A stretch of 64,000 bases of DNA from an uncultured Staphylococcaceae bacterium (GTDB lineage Bacteria > Bacillota_I > Bacilli_A > RFN20 > CAG-826): assembly GCA_964433025.1 (NCBI GenBank), contig CAYSPV010000002.1:3677-67676 (forward strand), written 5' to 3'. The notes beneath the pieces were generated by a model. That model had not been told where the DNA came from and did no database searches. It worked only from the letters and a program-made list of their open reading frames with translations. This document shows positions 51,501-58,133 of this stretch, piece by piece. Numbering within the stretch: position 1 is the first letter of the stretch; every line of letters begins with the position of its first letter. The translations under genes were made by a program, and so were the position numbers.

Positions 51501-51917
51501 TAAACAGACAGTTACTAATTGATATGTAGAACCATAATAGCCAATTGTATTTTGAAGTATGACCGCTAAAGCGTTAGCTAAGGTATCTTCTAAAGTAGTT
51601 ATAGGCACTAATATGGTAGAACCATTTTCAAAACCAAATTTTAGATATCCTAAATTAAATATCGATAAATCCATACTTTCTATGGCTTCTACAGTCATAT
51701 TAAGTAATGAAAAACATAAAATAAAAGATGTTAATACAAATAACAATCTAAAAGCGGTAGGAAATATGCCTTTAAAAAAGCCTATTAGCATAGCTAATAC
51801 TAAACCCACCACAATAGCGACAAATATACCAATTAAAACATAATTTAAAATAGAATTAAGTTGTTCTATTGATTCTAAAGATAAAGCTAATATATTTGAT
51901 AAAAATGTCGTATTCAT
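45588..51917 (-). CDS. Giant (2,109 aa) acidic protein with an N-terminal multi-TM anchor; function unknown
   Basis: A single uninterrupted 6.3-kb ORF. Residues about 25-215 contain 4-5 hydrophobic helices (the first pair is CvpA-like in pattern). The remaining roughly 1,890 aa are D/E/N/S/Y/L/I-rich with few basic residues. The stop overlaps the yigZ start by 11 nt. Confidence 0.85.
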   Translation of the reverse strand: MNTTFLSNILALSLESIEQLNSILNYVLIGIFVAIVVGLVLAMLIGFFKGIFPTAFRLLFVLTSFILCFSLLNMTVEAIESMDLSIFNLGYLKFGFENGSTILVPITTLEDTLANALAVILQNTIGYYGSTYQLVTVCLQLANMIIVYVIMLIEVILIAIFGNLIGMLLYQLIFKRFFAKFGRKNAKLKVIALFTNAVNFIICVGLFLSPFSSLVNIANQTIGQSEYTSDDEVITTVTSFLDTYNNSILAQTLFNWTVNDQGLTLDSQFLSTVLTVTVGEGQESLINTLNNLGNVGSSILEAFTSDSDGTTYVDLSYIISESFLSNMFTSLNNSNIFTYILPLCLEIALNSELLTQYVDTSLLNLSDTDWSSEIVNLESMVIDIVNSGIVNAYINDDGSIKDTSELDVVSILDSITSPSSYSYIMSALNRIDDSTLLSRAIPAVIYLAAESNEELANMLPTSWAELNSISWGQELSIIYDCLYRLNSANSELISVFTGILDTTSNSTVLLQSDEEEDDELDIMSILASNLETFKNVLVGEFDSDGNLINVDENGISQVYVNGERVNNAHYNLFDTNIFKYLSNTLFNSIVSLLDGYEIEIDTSTVTDTLNELLSGTDFRIKVKEEFNAILNIVGSMFGNDEIVNLINNSDSMSDDILNNDSLISGLQELLPLVDTSKLLTSVVKPFIKSLIVDNASVSNALNSIGLTSDDLNLDVDNLGEEVANLLNISSSLDILDSLSDTSLTDAQKIGNIASDYISIANLLDTVFESEIINPYEEFYDDDLENNYFTLLNYIFESSNDGSALIDGFEFKEDVVGLYPTSYGIGQHNWANSRLNGEYILDMYGQPILDGENGYIAKVIGSLGVTSTNRSSPYYGQTLFEALLDGGDIDGVIGYLESDFEISSMFSAVNDSAVFCATFGQFLDSTLDDPALGLINEAQGQTFTNVTDWAAEGKNFAIICNSIQEIGISLTDFDIMNINNTAGLNLLLHALSNSGLFGNDDNYNFNAFLYQKLESSLTDDMDLLSDPSYEGEELTYENAQKDFQVIYNDGLYLSDNADKDDWCSDTWLEKYGDLSGDDLINAQYYDDFYSMDYVSKICKFIYEMNEATKASEEATGESYSNISDAFLDGAVPSENLESMLLALNDIEILRMPLYHVFVMIRDSFEGNAFDLSNLNAEYMQLETTTVDDRADEIEYIVEVYDAISTLGDDIDDVDAIVEDKNNLVLLDKTLVTVNQSYVLHRAGVSKYSTSGSDLTVFQSLIYQIISTEGFESYYYSEDVRSKDQSSEYRVYYEDFDEKIDYNINLLFAYDADEKEFNEQEDEIHRIMDCLSSLVGGYQDFATIYDEYGDEEIPEDYPTYVGLLIDPETGEIVDASNISADADFVSSAALSETLYAFNDSDLLYDCVPNLLAYMFEEVSSEEVEEESQELASQLGNALTNANPYYVYYLCGDNPKYELRYATKDEFNREDYGEIDLLASSIDLFKELNDQFDDVILRQIFNLSNERLREVLYIFEDIYGNLEQSYIFHRGHLLNMSLDDIENRSYKNEDTSELTTFEYYVYYVYERIGVGNMIYNIDRDSDLQSFGDDDDSANKKLLHNIMYMTYQSYYFEVNGDSLVGEAGSSNWAEEIASFMDTIIDLKEIMYEYDDSTDDNNLTNFGVNMSLDNPNMEPEKLTEVLEGLNANNILEDVVPNYIQSTLSTIQVEEYTEYDGVIYAQYYFEDGEQELSQQEIYAGESGIPVIEEILNDFAIYDEEGNFVGYFDLDYTSDDDKNYFTSFIEAGNSTSIILKFLNNSVIYQGELALNNGETAGVDALFLYHTFESASLDSLITGGEIDDKILLLDTLINNEEFEYDTDIEGQAFDIIFTNFANLFVSDSEFDITEMSSIKSVKDTLVNSILALTQVVDVDAEDYGKEYSHRAYLSSEVVASLLEDIVSNEVSNIEDNGYNLNESNIQYFRVDEYNNYINDYTIDVYSKLTPDSYDLLNANEAKGLDAILSLYDPDAVDYTSYNADSISENMANMEYEYITDDGEVAKANSYLASVIYVSRLHSLFSAFLDNEILETLYGEPCIRISDINDLFTYNGDSGIGFESYGQSTHEYLNKITSSIGS

Positions 51918-51996
51918 AATCTGTTCTTATTTATTATAAATAAAATTGTTTATTTTACAATGTTAAAATATCCTAAAAACCAATATAATAATTACT

Positions 51997-52872
51997 ATGA
52001 AGTCAATACAAAATTATACGACATGTGAACAATGTAATCATCGTTATGATGTTTATTTAAACAAATGTCCGCATTGTAAAAAGCAAAATAATCATCGACC
52101 TTCTTTTTATTACAGACAAAATATGGATTGGCTTCCAATAGTTAGACAAATACTATTAATTGTTATTGGTTATGGAGGTTTACAACTACTTTCACTTATT
52201 TTATCAGTGATAGTGTCTGTTGTGGTGACCACGAATGTTTATAGTGCTAACCCTGATTTGTTATATGAAGAATTATATGATCTTATCTTAGAAGAAATAT
52301 CTTCTCCATATTACAGCATGCTTTTAAATACATTGTGCTATGTAATAATCTTAGCGTGTATTATTGCTATTACTTTTCCATATCTTGTCGATATATTTAA
52401 AAAGTTTGCTAATTATAAAAATGTTTTATTTGGAGTAGTAGGATTTATTGTCTTATTTGTTTTTTCAATGCTATATAGTTCACTTATATCACTAGTGTAT
52501 CAAACAGAAGGAAATAATAATCAGACCTCAATAGTGTCTCTTGTAGAAGTCTATCCAATAATATGTCTTATCATCTTTGGTTTTATTGGACCAATAGTAG
52601 AAGAATTTGCTTATAGAGTAGGTTTATTTAATGTTTTATATCGTCTTAAAAATAAATGGTTAGCGTACTTAATAACCGCTTTAATTTTTGGATTTATTCA
52701 TTTTGATTTTACTGCGACTGATATGGTTAATGAATTAATTAATATTCCTGACTATATCATAAGTGGTTTAATACTTTGTTATATTTATCAAAAATGGGGT
52801 TATGCTGGATCGTTGACCACTCATGCTTTAAATAATATTGTCGCAGTATTAATAGTTATAATCGCTTACTAA
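51997..52872 (+). CDS. CPBP (CAAX/Abi) family intramembrane metalloprotease with an N-terminal zinc ribbon
   Basis: CEQCNHRYDVYLNKCPHCKK zinc ribbon. CPBP motifs EEFAYR, FGFIH and HALNN. Confidence 0.8.
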   Translation: MKSIQNYTTCEQCNHRYDVYLNKCPHCKKQNNHRPSFYYRQNMDWLPIVRQILLIVIGYGGLQLLSLILSVIVSVVVTTNVYSANPDLLYEELYDLILEEISSPYYSMLLNTLCYVIILACIIAITFPYLVDIFKKFANYKNVLFGVVGFIVLFVFSMLYSSLISLVYQTEGNNNQTSIVSLVEVYPIICLIIFGFIGPIVEEFAYRVGLFNVLYRLKNKWLAYLITALIFGFIHFDFTATDMVNELINIPDYIISGLILCYIYQKWGYAGSLTTHALNNIVAVLIVIIAY

Positions 52873-52874
52873 TT

Positions 52875-53759
52875 ATGAAAAAATTATTTATAAATAATTT
52901 CATCCTTAAAATAATTTTATTTATTACCACTACATTTTTAATATTGGGTGTGTGTCTTTCAAAGTATGCTTTTGAAAGTCAAACTATGATAGATGTAGGA
53001 TTTGTATTTGAATGTATTGGTATATTATCACTACCTATATTTTGTTTTTTACTCGTTGAATCTTTTTTAAACACTAAAAGTAAGAAAAGATACTTTTTTA
53101 GATTATTAATTCCTGCCTTTATTATCTTTGTTTTCCAAGTGATTATAGAATTACTTTATGTAAGTGATGTTATTGAATCAGTATTTAGAATTTATCAAGG
53201 AAATATCTTTATTACTTTGATATTAGGTCTAATAATGCTTTATTTGTTTAATCATAAAAATAACTGGATTAAAAGCTTAGGCATTTTACCTATTATTTAT
53301 TGTTTAGTTAGTTTTTGTGTTAATTGTTTTGAATATAAATATGATGCTGAAATATATTGGTTAATTTATTTTATAAGACCTGAGTATGATATCTTAGCAA
53401 TCTTATACATCCTAGTGTTCTTCTTATCTTATAAACTACTTCCCTTATTTTATTCATTTAATGGTTTAAATGGTCAGTTTTATAAAGACACGCCTAGATA
53501 TCGATTTTATTTAAATGGTCTAAGTTTTGCAGGTTTATTTTTGGTTTCTTTTATTTATTATGCTTTGATTTATGTTGATTCTAGTATTATTTATTGGGAC
53601 GCGAATATGTATTTAATATGTATTGTCTCAGGTATTATAATTCTTTTTTATAATGGAAGAAGAGGATATGATAATAAGATATTTAGATATGTATCTTATT
53701 TAAGCTATCCCATATTTTTAATAATCATAAACATGATATTTTATCTAGCTATAATCTAA
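52875..53759 (+). CDS. TraX-family-like polytopic membrane protein
   Basis: IGILSLPIFCFLLVESFLNTKSKKRYFFRLLIPAFI resembles the conserved TraX block (PiFaFllveG..hT.n..kY..rL). About 8 TM. Confidence 0.5.
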   Translation: MKKLFINNFILKIILFITTTFLILGVCLSKYAFESQTMIDVGFVFECIGILSLPIFCFLLVESFLNTKSKKRYFFRLLIPAFIIFVFQVIIELLYVSDVIESVFRIYQGNIFITLILGLIMLYLFNHKNNWIKSLGILPIIYCLVSFCVNCFEYKYDAEIYWLIYFIRPEYDILAILYILVFFLSYKLLPLFYSFNGLNGQFYKDTPRYRFYLNGLSFAGLFLVSFIYYALIYVDSSIIYWDANMYLICIVSGIIILFYNGRRGYDNKIFRYVSYLSYPIFLIIINMIFYLAII

Positions 53760-53825
53760 TAAGCATATGATTTTAAATAATTAAAATTATTTGTTAGTAT
53801 AATTAAATAATTGGAGGTAATTAAT

Positions 53826-54134
53826 ATGATTAAAGAAATTTTAAATGAAGAACAATTTATAAATGAAACAAATCAAACTTTAGTGCTTATAGATTTTCAC
53901 GCTTTATGGTGTGGTCCATGTCGAATGCTTGGACCTGTTTTAGAAGAAGTTGAAGAAGAGGGTAATACTAATGCTTCTTTTATTAAAGTTAATGTTGATG
54001 ATTTAAAAGAAATCGCTGCTAGATTTAATGTTCAAGTAATACCTACTTTAGTCTTATTAAAAGATGGAAAAGAAGTTAAAAGATCTGTTGGATATCTAAC
54101 AAAAAATAAAGTCATTGACTTTATTAATAACTAA
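53826..54134 (+). CDS. trxA: Thioredoxin
   Basis: WCGPC active site. The start was moved to the ATG at 53826, which has GGAGG 7 nt upstream. Confidence 0.93.
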   Translation: MIKEILNEEQFINETNQTLVLIDFHALWCGPCRMLGPVLEEVEEEGNTNASFIKVNVDDLKEIAARFNVQVIPTLVLLKDGKEVKRSVGYLTKNKVIDFINN

Positions 54135-54194
54135 GAGTGATTTTAATATTTTTACTTGCTATTTTTAATATATCCTTATATTATTAATTTTGCT

Positions 54195-54268
54195 GCAGGT
54201 GTAGTTCAGTGGCAGAACAATAGCCTTCCAAGCTATCTATGCGAGTTCGATTCTCGTCACCTGCTCCA
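54195..54268 (+). tRNA. tRNA-Gly (anticodon UCC), CCA encoded
   Basis: Manual cloverleaf: acceptor GCAGGTG/CACCTGC, D arm GTTC/GAAC, anticodon stem ATAGC/GCTAT with loop CTTCCAA, T arm GCGAG-TTCGATT-CTCGT, discriminator U, and 3' CCA. Confidence 0.93.
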
Positions 54269-54275
54269 AATTTAT

Positions 54276-54298
54276 ATATCCTAAAAGGATATTTTTTT
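54276..54298 (+). terminator. Rho-independent terminator candidate after tRNA-Gly
   Basis: ATATCC / GGATAT stem with loop TAAAA, followed by a T7 run. Confidence 0.5.
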
Positions 54299-54308
54299 AT
54301 TAAAATAT

Positions 54309-54914
54309 ATGTTTACTATAGTATTAGCGTCTCATAATCAACATAAAAAAGAAGAAATAAGTCAAATATTATCACCATATAATATTAATGTTTTATCTTT
54401 AAAAGATGTTGGTGTTGAACAAATAAACATAAAAGAAAATGGTAAAAATTTTAAAGAAAACGCTTTAATAAAAGCAAATGCTTATTCTAAGTTAACCACT
54501 TATCCTATCTTAAGTGATGATTCAGGTTTACAAATAAAATCAATGAATAATAGACCTGGTATTAGAAGCGCTAGATATGCTAAAGAATGTGGGTCTTATT
54601 TAAATGCATTTAAAGATATTTTTAATAATATTAAAGGTAAAGATAGAAGCGCTAAATTTGTTTGTGTTTTATCTTTATTAAATTTTAAAGAAGAACCTTT
54701 ATTTTTTAAAGGTGAATGTAAAGGAAAAATAATAGATAAAATACCAAATGATATAGATGAAAATTCATTTGGTTATGATCCTATATTTTTACCTGATGGA
54801 TATGATAAAACCTTTGCAAAACTCAATCATTTTGAGAAAAATATGATTTCTCACCGCTATAAAGCGTTAGAAAAACTTATTGATTATCTAAAGAAAGAGA
54901 AGAATATTCTTTAA
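54309..54914 (+). CDS. rdgB: dITP/XTP pyrophosphatase (Ham1/RdgB family)
   Basis: LASHNQHKKEE, SDDSGL, FGYDPIF and SHR motifs. Confidence 0.9.
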   Translation: MFTIVLASHNQHKKEEISQILSPYNINVLSLKDVGVEQINIKENGKNFKENALIKANAYSKLTTYPILSDDSGLQIKSMNNRPGIRSARYAKECGSYLNAFKDIFNNIKGKDRSAKFVCVLSLLNFKEEPLFFKGECKGKIIDKIPNDIDENSFGYDPIFLPDGYDKTFAKLNHFEKNMISHRYKALEKLIDYLKKEKNIL

Positions 54915-55932
54915 AGTTTTTTAAAAATTGATCTTTAATTAAAAATCTTAATCCAAGTAAGAAAGTAGCAATAAAAACAAATACAGTCGCAGTAATAGAT
55001 AGGTCCACTGCTAAATCACTATAAATAAAACATAAAATATATAAAATAAATCCTAATAGATAAAATAAAACAATACTTGCATACATTGCTAAAAACCCAA
55101 CATATTTTAAATTATGATATTTAAAGACTTTATCTTTGATTAATTTTTTATTTTCATCTTTTTTTAAAGCATGGATTTTAGGATTATTAAGTTTTAAATT
55201 GATTTTAAACCCATCACTTTTTAATTCAAATTTATCTTTTTTAAGTTTATAAGAATATCCATCTAAAACAATGTAAGGATATAATAAATCATTATTTCTA
55301 ATTCTTAAAACTACATCTAAAGATCCTATAGCCTTATTAATAAAAGGGGTTAATTTTTCATCATCTTTAAATTCTAATATTCCTTCATATATGGTGTTAT
55401 ATAACTCTACTACTTCTTTTGCTCTAGTTAGATATAAAAGTAAACATTCCTCATCATAAAAATAGGCTTTATGAGTTAACATCTTTTTAATTGATGTCAT
55501 ATATTTTTCAATAATAGAAATTACATTTATAGTAAAACTATAAAAGGCCATAAAGTTTTTCTTTTTTCTTAAAGAAACATTTAATTCTATTTTTAATAAA
55601 TCATTTACGGTTTTAAACTGAGATTCTCTTAAAGTAGAAAGCATTAATAATGCTTCCATTCTTCCACATATTCCAATTGCGTTTTCACTATCAAAGTTAA
55701 GGATATAGCCAAATCTTTGATAAGCTTCTAAATAATTACATTTAAAGCTTAAAGAAAAATAAGCTTTTTTAATTAATTGTTTTACTTTATTTAAATAAGC
55801 ATGTTTAGCGTCCTTTATTAAAATTTTATGATCACAATTAGGACATAAACAATAATCATCAATAGGAATTATATTAAATAAACGATCTAAATCGTTTTTA
55901 GATTTGCAGTGTGTACAATAACCTTTAGCCAT
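54877..55932 (-). CDS. Zinc-ribbon protein with a helical middle domain and two C-terminal TM helices; function unknown
   Basis: CTHCKSKN...CPNCDHK at the N-terminus and a hydrophobic C-terminus. Its 3' end overlaps rdgB convergently by 38 nt. Confidence 0.5.
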   Translation of the reverse strand: MAKGYCTHCKSKNDLDRLFNIIPIDDYCLCPNCDHKILIKDAKHAYLNKVKQLIKKAYFSLSFKCNYLEAYQRFGYILNFDSENAIGICGRMEALLMLSTLRESQFKTVNDLLKIELNVSLRKKKNFMAFYSFTINVISIIEKYMTSIKKMLTHKAYFYDEECLLLYLTRAKEVVELYNTIYEGILEFKDDEKLTPFINKAIGSLDVVLRIRNNDLLYPYIVLDGYSYKLKKDKFELKSDGFKINLKLNNPKIHALKKDENKKLIKDKVFKYHNLKYVGFLAMYASIVLFYLLGFILYILCFIYSDLAVDLSITATVFVFIATFLLGLRFLIKDQFLKNFKEYSSLSLDNQ

Positions 55933-55936
55933 GTGT

Positions 55937-56602
55937 TTATATTAATATAAAGCAAAGGGAAAATACAATTAAAAATTGGGCACTTAAATAAGTAAGCATG
56001 ATATAAAAATCTCTTCTTTTACAATCCTTTATAAAGGTTGTATAAGTAAGCACAGTGTCACTTACTATAAATAAGAAATAACCAACAAATATTAATAAGA
56101 AGCCAAGTAGATTACTAGAGATAATAGCGAGTATCAGTGCCACTACTAGGTTGACCACGATCAAAGCACCATAAGCATTACCAATATAAGCTACATTACC
56201 TGCTATTAATTTAGATTTAGGATATAAGATAAGGCTTATTGCTATTAAATAAATAGCTAAACATCCAATAAATATTGGATAAGCATAACTAGGCCAATCA
56301 AAATAAGATAACATCTCTACTAGATAAAATAAATGACCTACAAAAAATAATATTGTTCCTATAAAAAAAGAAATATGATGATTCTTTTTAATTAGAAAAT
56401 AATCACCTGCTGCACCAAGTAATGCTCCAAAATAAATCAAAGGATGATCATAAAGGAAAAACAAAGCCATTATAGCAAGTAAAAATACAGGAATTATTTT
56501 AGTTATTTGTCTTAATTTTTCTTTTTCAAAAAAACAAAAATATAAATGAGCTAAAAAACTTAAAATAAATAGCCCCAAAAATACATATCCCGTTATTAAC
56601 AT
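55937..56602 (-). CDS. YhhN/lysoplasmalogenase-family membrane protein
   Basis: About 8 TM, 221 aa, with LLGAAGDYFL and IVSDTVL blocks resembling YhhN family motifs. Confidence 0.55.
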   Translation of the reverse strand: MLITGYVFLGLFILSFLAHLYFCFFEKEKLRQITKIIPVFLLAIMALFFLYDHPLIYFGALLGAAGDYFLIKKNHHISFFIGTILFFVGHLFYLVEMLSYFDWPSYAYPIFIGCLAIYLIAISLILYPKSKLIAGNVAYIGNAYGALIVVNLVVALILAIISSNLLGFLLIFVGYFLFIVSDTVLTYTTFIKDCKRRDFYIMLTYLSAQFLIVFSLCFILI

Positions 56603-56691
56603 AAATTAAATCTCTTAATTACATTTTAACTTAAAATTTCAAATTGTATATGCTCTTTTTTCTATCTATAATTTTAATAGGGAGCAAATAT

Positions 56692-58119
56692 ATGGAAAAT
56701 ACAATAAAAAAAGAAAATAAGCTTGGATTAAAATTTTGGCTTGTTATTTGGATTGCAGGTCTTGCAGGACAGTTGGTATGGAACATTGAAAATTCATGGT
56801 TTAATACCTTTGTTTATGAAAAGATTGCACCAAATCCATCAATTATTACATGGATGGTCGCTATAAGCGCTATTGTATCTACATTTGCTACATTTTTAAT
56901 GGGTACTTTATCCGATAGAATGGGCAAAAGAAGAATATTTATTTTAGTGGGTTATGTCATGTGGGGTGTAACCACTATTGTATTTGGTCTTACACAATTT
57001 GTAGTGGGTGTAGTTGGAGTTACAGCAGCTGCAGTTTTAGTAATTATTGCTGATGCTGTTATGTCATTTTTTGGCTCAATGGGAAATGATTGTGGATTTA
57101 ACACCTGGACTACAGATATGACTACTCCTCAAAATAGAGGCTCACTTGGTACTGCACTTGCAATTCAACCAGTTATAGCCACTATCGCAGGTACACTTAT
57201 TTTTGCAGGTATTATATCAGCCTTTGATGGCTTTTATGTTGGTGATTATGAATTAGATTATTTTATGATGTTTGTTATTGCAGGCGTTGTAATTATGATT
57301 ATTGGTATTGTCACCTACTTTTTAACTAAAGAAAAAGAAGGTTTAAAACCAAGAAAAGATGAATCATTTAAAAAATCATTTACAAGACCATTTAATTTCA
57401 AATTATTAAAAAATAATAAGGTTTTGCTATATGTTTTATTAATTTTTATGGTTTTCTTTATTTCCTTTAATATCTATTTCCCCCATATTTTAAATTATTT
57501 TATTTATGGAGGAAGTAAAGAAACTACTGAATGGTTATCAACCATAATATTTGGAAGTACTTCCGCAGTTGAAACTGTAGCAGGAGGCTTTTTAGCTATT
57601 GGATTATTGTTAGGTGTACCTTTAGTAATATTAAGTGGTAAATATTTCTTAAACAAATTAAATTTTGTTCCTGTCTTATATATCTCTGTAGCCTTAAATA
57701 TCATCGGATTATTAATAATCTTTTTTGCCTCTTTAGCAGGTGTATCATATGCAGGTGAAGTAGTAACAATTATTATTGGTATATTCTTTGTAGGAAGTGG
57801 TTATATGGGCTTATATCAAGCTCTTATGACTTGGATTAAAAATTTATATCCTGAAGATATGAGAAGTCAATTTGAAGGTGTAAGAATGATATTTTATGTC
57901 TGTATTCCCATGTTTTTAGGAACACTAATTGGTAATGTTATAGTCCAATATATGGGTAATGAAATTACCTTAGAATATACAACAGGTGCGATTACTGGAT
58001 ATGCTCCTAATTATTGGATATTTATTATTGCTGCCGCAGTTGCGGTTTTAACCTTTATTCCTATTATATTAGTGCATAAAGAAGTAAAGAAAAATCCTCC
58101 AGTTTATTCTCAAGAATAA
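56692..58119 (+). CDS. MFS/GPH-type transporter, probably for glycosides
   Basis: 12-TM pattern with an LSDRMGKRR loop motif. The start was moved to the ATG at 56692 (GGAG 8 nt upstream). Its neighbour is a GH2 enzyme. Confidence 0.75.
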   Translation: MENTIKKENKLGLKFWLVIWIAGLAGQLVWNIENSWFNTFVYEKIAPNPSIITWMVAISAIVSTFATFLMGTLSDRMGKRRIFILVGYVMWGVTTIVFGLTQFVVGVVGVTAAAVLVIIADAVMSFFGSMGNDCGFNTWTTDMTTPQNRGSLGTALAIQPVIATIAGTLIFAGIISAFDGFYVGDYELDYFMMFVIAGVVIMIIGIVTYFLTKEKEGLKPRKDESFKKSFTRPFNFKLLKNNKVLLYVLLIFMVFFISFNIYFPHILNYFIYGGSKETTEWLSTIIFGSTSAVETVAGGFLAIGLLLGVPLVILSGKYFLNKLNFVPVLYISVALNIIGLLIIFFASLAGVSYAGEVVTIIIGIFFVGSGYMGLYQALMTWIKNLYPEDMRSQFEGVRMIFYVCIPMFLGTLIGNVIVQYMGNEITLEYTTGAITGYAPNYWIFIIAAAVAVLTFIPIILVHKEVKKNPPVYSQE

Positions 58120-58133
58120 AATTATACATAATT

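Noticed and set aside
54195-54268. The tRNA initially read as tRNA-Trp because of CCA within the anticodon loop.
   Set aside because: With the 5-bp anticodon stem ATAGC/GCTAT the 7-nt loop is CTTCCAA, so positions 34-36 are TCC (Gly). The U73 discriminator also fits tRNA-Gly.
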